DNA of 63,109 nucleotides, filler included, from Octopus bimaculoides (lineage: Eukaryota): the NCBI RefSeq assembly GCF_001194135.2. It is 7 parts of 7 records of this genome, joined end to end, with 100 filler letters (N's around TTAATTAATTAA, not from the genome) between each part and the next. Parts side by side here need not be neighbours in the genome. Positions count along the whole stretch, not along the records: positions 17,233 to 41,773 come from NC_068993.1; positions 41,874 to 52,938 come from NC_068989.1; 5 more parts are not named here. The stretch is one strand, 5' to 3'. Made by a program: the position numbers and the translations under genes. Shown in pieces: positions 38,491 to 49,780 of the stretch (positions are counted from its first letter, which is position 1; every line of letters starts with the position of its first letter). Below the pieces are notes generated by a model. It saw nothing but the letters and a program-made list of their open reading frames with translations. It ran no database searches and had not been told where the DNA came from.

Positions 38491-40244
38491 ACACAATACT
38501 GACGAGGGTTCCAGCTGATCCGATCAACGGAACAGCCTGCTAGTGCAAGTGGCCTAACGCACAAGTGGTTGAGAACTTCACGTATACTCTCGACGTAGTT
38601 CTCAAGGAGATTCAGCGTAACACAGAATGTGACAAGACTTGCCTTTGAAATACAGGTACTAATCATTTCTGCCAACTGAGTGAACTGGAGTAATGTGAAA
38701 TAAAGTGTCTTGCTCAAGTACACAATGCACCGCAGGAAATTGAACCCACAGATCGTGAGTCATGAAGTAAGCCTAGATTGAGAGTACAATTGAGTAGACC
38801 ACACAGAGAAACCTCTTTTACTAGAAATTTTTGTATACACTATGTACACAGCACTGAGAAACAACTTGTGTTGAAGATAAAGAGCAATAGGGTTTATTCC
38901 AGCTCGTACAATATGGTAAGTGACTTCTCTTTTGGACGTGAAACAAGCGGTCAACTTAACTAGACATACTCTTGAAAGTCTAATTAACATTGCAAGAAAT
39001 CAACAAAATAACTTATCAATTATATAGTGTTCCTATTGTATAAGGAGAAAGCTTTCTTTGGTACCTCCTCGTGGTATCTTTTTGTAGGAAGGTGACTAAA
39101 GCACTGAACGTGAAGGGCCTATTGAAGACTTAGATACAATGCTGTAATTCGATGTCAACAGCAGTACCTTTGGTTGGTGGTCTTTTGTCTTATAAATTGA
39201 ATAAAATTAATTCAAATAATTCATCTAGCTGTCTGTTGCTTAGTTATGTTGATCTAACATCTTTATGACATATATCTTTTGTCAGTATTTTAGTAATTTT
39301 TTTTCATTTTAGAAAAGCAATAATAATATTGTTTTGTTTTGTTTTGTTTTGTTTTTTGGCTGCAAGAATTATTCTTCTGAAAACTTTGTGCAACATCCTA
39401 AAACTTAATGTGAAAACAATATTTATTAATATACATGTATTGTTTGAACAATTCATTTTGCTCTGTCAAAGCATTCCCCACAGTCGGATAGCTTTGCTTG
39501 TAAGAAACGAAGAAAAAAAACATTTACTGATATATTTGAATACGTGAATAACCTCACTGAATACACCTCATGTTGTTAATTCAAAGCTAGAAATTAAACA
39601 ATGTTAGCGACTCAGTTTCATCACATGACATAAAATTGTAAGCCTAAATCAGGTAACTTATTTCTTTAATCTGGCATGTTTTATCAAAGTAAAATGTAGT
39701 CAGTCCTTAAATAAATATTACTTTTATTGTATTATATTTTTATATTATAATTTGTATTATTTTTGTTTCATTATAATTTTTCTTGTATTTGAATAATAAT
39801 TGATGTAAGATATATTTATATACAAGAAGAACATTTATAAGGAATAAAGAGTACTCCTCGTTGAGTAATTATTAAATCAAAGGATTAACTAGCTAAGAAA
39901 CATATGTAGGCCAGAATTTACCCGTTCCACACGCACTCCGTCTACAAAAATTTCACTCTCCCGGCGGCGGCATCAATCGGCCCAAAGACTCCAAATAGTG
40001 GAGTGAAACCAAAAGCACATGGTTCAGAAGCGAGCTTCTTAACTTCATGCTAATTCTTAACAAGAAACTTTTCCAGGAAATTTAAAATAATTATTTCCAT
40101 CTATNNNNNNNNNNTGCTCCAGCATGGCCACGGTCAAATGACTGAAACAAGTAAAAGAGTAAAGTGTACATATATATTGATTATATAGTGCGTCGTCTGG
40201 TGTTCATGTATTAATTATATAACATGTAAGTAATATCACATACG

Positions 40245-40278
<34 letters not shown>

Positions 40279-40447
40279 TGTATGTATGTATGTGCGCTGC
40301 ATCTCTCATTTTGTGCATTGTCAAAATACAGGTTTCTAAGTGTGTTGTGCAAATGAGTCATTGTGTGCAAGTCTGTAAAGATGTGTCTGTTTATTGGTGC
40401 AAAATCAGTAAACCTGTATATAAAAATAGAATACATCCTCAAGACAA

Positions 40448-40513
40448 CCAATCAGGTTTTGAACAGCAGAGAACAGGTAAAGGTATAAATTTAACTCAAT
40501 GCTGTTCACAGTT
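40448..40513 (+). promoter_or_regulatory. Candidate Pol II core promoter (CCAAT, TATA, Inr-like)
   Basis: CCAATC at 40448, TATAAA at 40484 and TCACAGTT at ~40506-40513, followed by ATG at 40613 and a strong donor. Motif evidence only. Confidence 0.4.
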
Positions 40514-40612
40514 ACTTCCCATATATAATCTCTTTATCTTCACAACAGTATACAATCTTTGCTATCCACAACCAAAGCTGTTTTCTTTTTCCTCAAACTA
40601 AAATCATCGAAA

Positions 40613-40646
40613 ATGAACAGAGTTTTGCATCAATATATATTTGTTG
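40613..40646 (+). CDS. Candidate first coding exon MNRVLHQYIFV, phase-1 donor
   Basis: Context gaaaATGAAC...TTTGTTG|gtaaga, downstream of the promoter-like motifs. No downstream exon was identified with certainty. Confidence 0.4.
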
Positions 40647-41434
40647 GTAAGACTATATATAATTTTATTTTTTCTATAATACACTTATAAATAATTAATT
40701 GATGTAGTTAATTATTTTTTTTAATCCTTTATAATCGCAAAACCTTAAGTGTTGTGCAATTATGGAGCAAAACGTTAACAATATAAAGTTCCAGTTTTAA
40801 ATTATTATTTTGCTCTATTTCTACTTGCAATCATTTGAACAGGGACTTACTAAATATACTAACGTGAGTCAGAAACTAATACAACTTTTCTGCATTAATT
40901 ATTACATTCACGTATACACGTGGGTAAATCAACGGATAATGCAAATAAAATCGCTTTATTTTCTGATTTCCCTTCGTATTTTTCTTTTGATGTATGTAAA
41001 AATTATTCCCATAATAGTTTCTCTGCTTTCGATAATTCACATTGATTATCAAGTCTTTTGAATTGTGTTTTATCTTTTTTCGTGTTTCAAAACTGGTTTA
41101 ATTTAGCACCACGTTGTAGTCTTTCCCATGAATTGCATATCTTAATAAAAGTATCGAGATAAAATGTCTCCATGACTGGCAGAGTGACGCGCAGTGTCTG
41201 AATAATTAACATTATCGAGCAGAGAGTACGTGAGAATTATTTGTTAAAGAAATTCTTTTCAACGATTGGCGTCGAGCCGACCAAAGCCTTGTGAGTGGAT
41301 TTGGTAGACGGAAATTGAAAGAAGCCCGTCGTATATATGCATATATATATGTGTGTGTGTGTGTGTTTGTGTTCCCCAACATCGCTTGACAACCGATGCT
41401 GGCGTATTTATGTCCCTGTAATGTCTCTCCACAC

Positions 41435-41773
41435 CAGACATTGACATGAAACTAGAATGTTTCATGTCTACTGTGCAAGCCATAAGCCAGAAATATGTCC
41501 CAGAGCACAAGGCCAAAACAAATAGGAACAAGATTCCAAGGGAGAGGAAGATCCTTATGAGACGACGGACAAAAGTTGCAAATCGACTCAACCAGCATCC
41601 CAAGAATGGCCAAAGGTCCCGCCTAAAAACGACACTGATGGAGATCGAAAAAAGGCTGCAACAATCCTATGTGAAGGAGAGAGCAGACAAAGAAGCCTGG
41701 GTTATAAAAAACATTAAGTCAAACCCAAAGGCCTTCTTTCATTACGCAAAAGAAACAGCCTCAGTACGCTGCA
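41435..41773 (+). mobile_element. CR1-type LINE ORF2 fragment (EN-RT linker)
   Basis: 'EAWVIKNIKSNPKAFFHYAKE' linker motif. Truncated by a gap. Confidence 0.75.
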
Positions 41774-41873
41774 NNNNNNNNNNNNNNNNNNNNNNNNNNN
41801 NNNNNNNNNNNNNNNNNTTAATTAATTAANNNNNNNNNNNNNNNNNNNNNNNNNNNNNNNNNNNNNNNNNNNN

Positions 41874-42310
41874 CAGTGCCCCTGGACTGGCTCTTGTGCG
41901 GGTGACACATGAAATTATTCGAGTGAATTAGTTGCCAGTGCCCCTGAACTGACTCTTGTGTGGGACCGTCGTAGGATTTTCGTAGGATTTTCGAGCGAGA
42001 TCGTTGCCAGTGCCCCTGGACTGGCTCATGTGCGAGCGACACATGAAATTTTCGAGCGGTATCTTTGCCGGTGCCCCTGGACTGGTTCTTGTGGGGCTGA
42101 CACATGAAATTATTCAAGTGAATTCGTTGCCAGTGCCCCTGAACTGGCTCTTGTGTGGGACCATCGTAGGATTTTCGTAGGATTTTCAAGCGAGATCGTT
42201 GCCAGTGCCCCTGGACTGGCTCATGTGCGGGCGACACATGAAATCTTCCGAGCGGGATCATTGCCGGGGCCCCTGGGCTGGCTCTTGTGCGGGTGACACA
42301 TGAGGGTTTT
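41874..42310 (+). repeat. Higher-order minisatellite (A-B-C)n with ~61-72 bp monomers
   Basis: Seven monomers start GCCAGTGCCCCTGGACTGGC, and the variants recur every third unit. Both ends fall in N gaps. Confidence 0.9.
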
Positions 42311-42829
42311 NNNNNNNNNNNNNNNNNNNNNNNNNNNNNNNNNNNNNNNNNNNNNNNNNNNNNNNNNNNNNNNNNNNNNNNNNNNNNNNNNNNNNNNNNN
42401 NNNNNNNNNNNNNNNNNNNNNNNNNNNNNNNNNNNNNNNNNNNNNNNNNNNNNNNNNNNNNNNNNNNNNNNNNNNNNNNNNNNNNNNNNNNNNNNNNNNN
42501 NNNNNNNNNNNNNNNNNNNNNNNNNNNNNNNNNNNNNNNNNNNNNNNNNNNNNNNNNNNNNNNNNNNNNNNNNNNNNNNNNNNNNNNNNNNNNNNNNNNN
42601 NNNNNNNNNNNNNNNNNNNNNNNNNNNNNNNNNNNNNNNNNNNNNNNNNNNNNNNNNNNNNNNNNNNNNNNNNNNNNNNNNNNNNNNNNNNNNNNNNNNN
42701 NNNNNNNNNNNNNNNNNNNNNNNNNNNNNNNNNNNNNNNNNNNNNNNNNNNNNNNNNNNNNNNNNNNNNNNNNNNNNNNNNNNNNNNNNNNNNNNNNNNN
42801 NNNNNNNNNNNNNNNNNNNNNNNNNNNNT

Positions 42830-43944
42830 GCAAAGAGTAACCATGCCATGCACAAAAAATTCAGCAGAACTGTCAGATTTTCAAAGAGGTCATATTGTTG
42901 GGCAATCTGAGGCTGGTCTTAGCCAGCGAAAAATTGTCGAAAATCTTCAACTTCCTCTTGCTACTGTTAGAATTATAGTGCAATTCAAAAGCCAAGGAAA
43001 AGAATCAACAGATTCTCGTCCCGGCCAACCTGGGCCCTCAGAAAGGAAACTTCCCTGTTTGAAGAGAATTGTGGAAAACAAACCCCGTTTGAAGGTTTCT
43101 GACATTGCAAAACAGCTAGAAGTTAGTCCAAGAACGTGTGTTTACATATCTGCATAAGCTTGGGTATTATGGATGAGTAACTAGAAGAAAACCTATCCTT
43201 CAACCAATTAAAATCATGATAAGAAAGAAATGGGCCAAGGAGATGTCAGAAAAATCCAGTTCCTTTTGGGATAGAGTGATTTTCTCAGATGAATCCAGAT
43301 TTGCATTATTTTCAGACAGTGGACATGTTTGGGTCTGGAGGCTTCCCAATCAAGAATTTCATTTGAAATGACTCCAACCAACTGTGAAACATGGCGGTAT
43401 CTCTGTAATGGTATGGGGAGCTGTCACCAGCAATGGTTGTTCTGAGCTGATCGAATGTGTTGGAACCATAAACTCTGAAATATACATCGAAGTACTTCAG
43501 CAAGGACTACTTCCGATGTGTTCACATGATAACATAACGAAAAATGAGTTTTTATTCATGGAAGATGGGGCTCCATGCCACACAGCGAAAATGGGATCAA
43601 ACTGAAAATGGGATCAAAAAGCTTCCTTGGCTGAGCCAATCTCCTGATATGAACCCAATTGAAAATCTTTGGACCATACTAGATAGAGCTATACGAAAAA
43701 CTCGAAAGAAACCTAAATCTAAAGCTGAATTATTTCGATTGTTGCATGAAGAGTGGGCAGAAATTCCACAAGAGGCAATCACAAAGTTCATGAGTTCAAT
43801 GCCAAAAAGAGTTTCTGAATTAAAAACTGCAAAGGGAATGTCAACTAAATACTAAAGTATGTAGTCCTACCTATACATTACAATTGTTCACTTTGCATAT
43901 TAAATGAAAGATTCTGAAAATTAAAGGTGTCTATTTACTTCCTG
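42830..43944 (+). mobile_element. Tc1-family (DD34E-type) transposon with a disrupted transposase and right TIR
   Basis: ATG at 42843, then HTH '[12 protein letters not shown]', 'VIFSDESRF', 'FMEDGAPCH', 'QSPDMNPIENLW', ending 'TKY*' at 43855. Frameshifts and stops. TIR at 43915-43944. Confidence 0.93.
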
Positions 43945-43985
43945 TGTGTGTGTGTGTGTGTGTATATGTATATATATATATGCAT

Positions 43986-44017
<32 letters not shown>

Positions 44018-44064
44018 GCATACATAGATACACACATACTTACATAAATATGCATATATATATA

Positions 44065-45952
44065 TATATAAATGTATCAGATAGCCAAAAGGGAAGCTAA
44101 GAGACAGGTATATATAGCCAAGGGAGTAGCAGAAAAGAAGTTTACCAATGTTCAGCGATGTGAGGACCAGAGAACTGAAGTATTTCGGATTGCAAGACAG
44201 TGTGTGAGAGAAAACTGTGATGTCATAGGAGAGAAATGTGTCCACATGGATGATGGTGCCCTTGTGTTTAATGATTGTGCAAAGAAAAAGGCTCGGAGAA
44301 GCCATTCAGTAAGGTAAGGGTTGGCAATGAGCATAATGAAGAATTCTGAGTATAAGAAGGGGTTCACCAAGGATCAGTCTTCAGCCCCCCCCCTTCATTC
44401 ATTATAGTCCTCCAGGCAATAACAGAGGAATTTAGGACAGGCTGCCCCTGGGAGCTCCTCTATGCTGATGACCTTGCTCTAATAGCTGAGCCACTGCCAG
44501 AACTGAAGACGAAGTTTAGGGTGTGGAAGCAAGGTCTAGAATTGAAGGGCCTTAGGGTTAACCTAACCAAAACCAAAGTCTTAGTAAGTAAGAAGGCTGT
44601 CAAATCACAACCCGCTTCAGGTAGATGGCCCTGCTCGATCTGTAAAAAAGGCATGGGTAGAAATTCCATACGATGTACCCAGTGTAAGCTATGGACACAT
44701 AAAAGGTGCAACAATATCAAAGGAAGGTTAACTGGGGAAAAAAGCTTTTGTGTGTGGCAGATGCACTGGGGCAATAAACACTGAAGATGTACAGAAAACA
44801 GATTCCATCACATGCCAGGGGAAGAACCTAGTAGTAGTTAATAGTTTCTGCTACCTAGGTGGCCAAGTCTGTAGTGGGGGTGGTTGCTCTGAGAGTGTAG
44901 TGACTAGAGTAAGAATAGCCAGGGCAAAGTTCAGGGAGTTCCTACCTCTGCTGGCAACTAAGGGCCTCTCATTCAGGGTGAAAGGTAGATTGTATGGTGC
45001 ATGTGTGTGAACTGCCATGCTACCCGGCAGCGAAACTTGGGTCATGAATGCTGAGGACATGCAAAGGCTTGAAAGAAATGAAGCCAGTATGATCCGCTAG
45101 ATGTGTAAGCGCCCTGAGAGAAAAGTTGGGCATAAGAAGCATCAAATATGGTGTGCAAAAGAGGCGACTGCGCTGGTATGGTCATATGTTACGTATGAAT
45201 GAAAACAGCTGTGTGAGGAAGTGCCACTCCCTAACTGTAGAAAAGGTAGACCCAGGAAAACATGGGATAAGGTGGTGAAGCATGACTTTCAAACATTGGG
45301 CCTCACAGAGGCAAGGATAGGGGACCGGGACCTTTGGAGATATGCTGTAATTGAGAAGACCCGGCAACTAAAGTGAGATTGCAGCCATGTACGTTCAGCA
45401 CTGTTAAGAATACTCCTGATGTGTTGGGCGATATGATATGCTTGAGAAGACCTGTTGAGTCAAGAAAAACCAATATCGCTGCTGGGGTTGGTGTCCCTTG
45501 ACTGGCTCCCATGCCGATGGCATGTAAAAAGCACCATCTGAATGTGGTCAATGCCAGGTCTGCCTGATTGGCTCCTGTGCTGGTGGCACGTAAAAAGCAC
45601 CAACCAATTGTCACAGATGCCAGTACCTCCTGTGCCCACGGCACATAAAAAGCACCATCCGAATGTGTTCATTGACAGGCCCGCCCTTTTGGCTCCGGTG
45701 CCGGTGGCACGTAAAAAGCACTAACTGATCATGACTGATGCTAGTACCCCCTTACTGGCTCCTGTGCTGGTGACACATACAAAGAACCCACTACACTCTT
45801 GGAGTGGTTGGCGTTAGGAAGGGCATCCAGCTGTAGAAGCTCAGTCAGATCAGATTGGAGCCTGGTGCAGCCGCTGGCTCTCCAGATCTCAGTCAAACCG
45901 TCTAATCCATGTCAGTATGGAAAACGGGCATTAATCAATGATGATGATGAAC
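44065..45952 (+). mobile_element. RTE-like LINE, internally deleted: RT, Cys-rich insert, 3' UTR tandem array, (GAT)n tail
   Basis: 'GVHQGSVFSP' and 'WELLYADDLAL' (YADD at 44461), 'WPCSICKKGMGRNSIRCTQCKLWTHKRC', 'RRLRWYGHMLRM'. Frameshifted. Confidence 0.92.
45475..45790 (+). repeat. ~60-bp tandem array in the LINE 3' UTR
   Basis: Five copies of a core like TGGCTCCNGTGCNGGTGGCACRTAAAAAGCAC. Confidence 0.8.
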
Positions 45953-46319
45953 AGACATACACACATACATATATGTATATAATAAGAGTAAAAAGTTGCA
46001 GGGAAAGACAGCAAAGGAACACATGGAAAATATGAAAAACAAAAAGAGACATGGACATGTTCATCCCTCATCAGTTATTGACCAAAAAACCCTCAGAATT
46101 TCACATCATTATTGATAAAATTGTCCATTTTGGTGGCATCAACAGCAAAATGCTGCTGGAATAAGTGAATGGACATAAAGGAGAGAATGAGATAAGTACA
46201 TAGAGAAACAAAATAGCAAGTACAGTAACAAAACATTGACAAATAACAAATGACACAGGTATTTTATATATATCCAAATATACACACACAGACACACACA
46301 TATATATGCATATATATGA

Positions 46320-46720
46320 AGGCTTTTCGGCTATATGATGGAATTAGGACAAGACATAAACACGCAGTCCCATGGCAAGAGGAATGTAATGAGGCCCACA
46401 AATTGAAGCATGTCGAATATGAGACCCTTCTGCAGGATTTCAGAGAGAAGGGATAGTAGTTATGGCTTTTCCCAGTTAAGGTTGGCTGTGGGAGTTCCCT
46501 GCCCAGTAAGCATGGGAGAGGCAACTGAAAGGGCTTCTTGTTGGATTTAGAGCAAGAGAGAAGAGTTAAGCAGGAAACCAGGAAGAGACGAGCAGTGATT
46601 TGGCTGCCTCTGCTGACTTACCAATGGGAAAATGTTATGGTTCAGGGTTGAAACACCTGATGAACGTTGGATACTGTCTGATGACATCAGTTCCTCCTGG
46701 TCAAAACTCTATTCACTTTG
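46320..46720 (+). mobile_element. HERO/R2-type (RLE) retrotransposon 3' end
   Basis: 'VPWQEECNEAHKLKHVEYETLLQDFREKG**LWLFPVKVGC' matches the restriction-like endonuclease C-terminus (VPWEE...KY...GW...FPVEVG). Confidence 0.75.
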
Positions 46721-47294
46721 GTGAGTGGAAAAAGCACCACCTTCTTATTCACATACACACACATTCTTTCAATTGTTTCAGTCATTTGACTGTGGCCATA
46801 CTGGAGCACCACCTTAAAGAGCTTTAGTGAAAGTAATTGACCCCACGACTTGTTCTTTGTAAGACTAGTACTTATTTTATTGATCTCTTTTACCAAACTG
46901 CTAAGTTACGCAGGCATAAACATACCAACATCAGTTGTCAAGCAATGGTGGCGGGGACAAACACACACACACATAAACATATATCTAATAGAATAAATGC
47001 GGAAACTAATTTCTGTGTGCTGGTGTATCACATTTTGACACTGCACTATCTCACTATTCAATGACACTTTTCCTATTCCGCATGCTGGGCTGAGAGTAAT
47101 AGTAGGCATAGAGATAGTGAGGGTGGTGGCAGAGAGAGAGAGAGAGAGAGAGAGAGGGNNNNNNNNNNNNNNNNNNNNNNNNNNNNNNNNNNNNNNNNNN
47201 NNNNNNNNNNNNNNNNNNNNNNNNNNNNNNNNNNNNNNNNNNNNNNNNNNNNNNNNNNNNNNNNNNNNNNNNNNNNNNNNNNNNNNNNNNNNNN

Positions 47295-47325
<31 letters not shown>

Positions 47326-47580
47326 TTATGGGGAGTTGATGATGTTTTAATAAAAGTAGTAGTGTTGATGGTGGCAGTGGGAGTAATAATAAGAGAGAGA
47401 GAGAGAGAAAGAGTGGGTATGTGAGAGAAAGAGGGAGATGATGTACAACTTTGCTTAACCATATCTCCTTGAAAGAAATTCCTGTGGCCAACTGAACACA
47501 GAACCAACATACTGAACATTTTTAGACACACATTTAGCCTTTTGCTTTTATCATTTTTGTTTTATTTTATGCTTTCTTTA

Positions 47581-47629
<49 letters not shown>

Positions 47630-48052
47630 TACACATATACATAAAATACACATTAACTGAAATAAAGTTTCCCCAAAATTAAACATGTCTAATATAACAA
47701 ATGTGAATGTTAGAGTGTCACACTTTCTCAACTTTAATAAATCCTTTCTACTGGGAGCACAAGGCCTTGAATTTTTGGGGAAGGGATTAAGTTGATTACA
47801 TTGACCCCAGTACGTAAATGGTACTAATTTTATTGACCCCAAAGTCAACCGTGGCAGAATTTGAACTCAAAACCTAATGGCAGACGAAATACCGCTAAGT
47901 ATTTCAGCCAGCACGCTAACAATTCTGCCAGCTTGCCACCTTAATATAATATAATAATATAATAAATGCGAATGTCAGTGTGTCACACTTTTTCAACTTT
48001 ACTCCTAGAGGCCATAGCCCAACATATAGCAGTTGGGAATCAGGCTGAATCC

Positions 48053-48390
48053 ATGAGTAAATTAAAAATATTCCAGACCGAATCTGGACCCACAATCCTG
48101 AAATTTTGGATTCCCAAGTTTTCATTACTGTAATTGTTTACGGTGATTTTTGTTACATGACTTTTTGCGAAAAATTTTGTTGTACGACAGCAATTTTTAT
48201 AATCTAAAGGCCAACTCTGTGAGTAAATTAAAAACATTCTGGGCTGAATCAAGATCTGCAATGCTGAAATTTTGGATTCCTATGTCTTCATTACTGTGAT
48301 TGCTTTCAGCGATATTTTTACATGATTTTTTTGCGATGAATATGATCATCATTGGGACATGACTCTGGAGGAAGCAATTGCAAAAAATTC
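48053..48390 (+). repeat. Diverged ~170-bp tandem duplication
   Basis: TGAGTAAATTAAAAA...CTGAAATTTTGGATTCC...TTCATTACTGT occurs twice. Confidence 0.75.
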
Positions 48391-49171
48391 TCCAAAACAA
48401 GTCAGAGATCAGTTTGCAGATCTTCCCATTCGTGGTCAGTTNNNNNNNNNNNNNNNNNNNNNNNNNNNNNNNNNNNNNNNNNNNNNNNNNNNNNNNNNNN
48501 NNNNNNNNNNNNNNNNNNNNNNNNNNNNNNNNNNNNNNNNNNNNNNNNNNNNNNNNNNNNNNNNNNNNNNNNNNNNNNNNNNNNNNNNNNNNNNNNNNNN
48601 NNNNNNNNNNNNNNNNNNNNNNNNNNNNNNNNNNNNNNNNNNNNNNNNNNNNNNNNNNNNNNNNNNNNNNNNNNNNNNNNNNNNNNNNNNNNNNNNNNNN
48701 NNNNNNNNNNNNNNNNNNNNNNNNNNNNNNNNNNNNNNNNNNNNNNNNNNNNNNNNNNNNNNNNNNNNNNNNNNNNNNNNNNNNNNNNNNNNNNNNNNNN
48801 NNNNNNNNNNNNNNNNNNNNNNNNNNNNNNNNNNNNNNNNNNNNNNNNNNNNNNNNNNNNNNNNNNNNNNNNNNNNNNNNNNNNNNNNNNNNNNNNNNNN
48901 NNNNNNNNNNNNNNNNNNNNNNNNNNNNNNNNNNNNNNNNNNNNNNNNNNNNNNNNNNNNNNNNNNNNNNNNNNNNNNNNNNNNNNNNNNNNNNNNNNNN
49001 NNNNNNNNNNNNNNNNNNNNNNNNNNNNNNNNNNNNNNNNNNNNNNNNNNNNNNNNNNNNNNNNNNNNNNNNNNNNNNNNNNNNNNNNNNNNNNNNNNNN
49101 NNNNNNNNNNNNNNNNNNNNNNNNNNNNNNNNNNNNNNNNNNNNNNNNNNNNNNNNNNNNNNNNNNNNNNN

Positions 49172-49199
<28 letters not shown>

Positions 49200-49202
<3 letters not shown>

Positions 49203-49780
49203 TGATGTTGATGGCTATCCACTCGTGACCAAGGAAGACCACTGCCGACCTTCAGGAACATTGTGCGCTCTAGGACTAACTTATACTTCGCATTTGCGAC
49301 TCCGTTGGTGGTTTCTTGACAAGCATACATGACTGCAAACATTGCAGACCAAGCTTTCCCCAATCACTATACGAGCCATGTGCTTTCGCACAGCTCACTT
49401 AAGTTCTTCATGCTGGATACGTGCTCTCTCAAAAGTGTCGATCCCCTCTTTAACCTGCTTCCTCCATCTGAGGTGATGACAGGCATTGTTTTCCCAGTCT
49501 GTGTCCTGCATATCACAGGCCTTTAATGAGGACTTGACACAGTCCTTAAATTGCAGCCTTGGTTTCTGCCGGAGTCTCCTTACATTCACAAGTTCTCCAT
49601 AGAGCATCTGCTTAGGAATCCTGCTATCCTTCATTCTAATAAGGTGTCCAGTCCAACATAACCGTTGCTTGTGCATCATTGCCTCTGAATTTACATACCA
49701 TGGACAAGAAGCATTTCTTCCATTTCTATATATCACTTTCCTTGGATATAGCAAAACACCTGGATTTGTCCTTCCATTAC
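49200..49780 (-). mobile_element. RTE-clade LINE 3' end
   Basis: 'QRLCWTGHLIRMKDSRIPKQMLYGELVNVRRLRQKPRLQFKDCVKSSLKAC...WRKQVKEGIDTFE' is a typical RTE ORF C-terminus. Confidence 0.88.

Noticed and set aside
39380-39500. Minus-strand 'VGNALTEQNELFKQY...KYC' as a paralogue of the GPI exon
   Set aside because: The similarity is short, the spacing to KYC differs and the frame stops quickly; likely chance.
41874-42310. CRISPR array (palindromic repeat with variable spacers)
   Set aside because: The spacer-like segments recur every third unit, there are no cas genes, the context is eukaryotic, and the monomer resembles a LINE UTR repeat.
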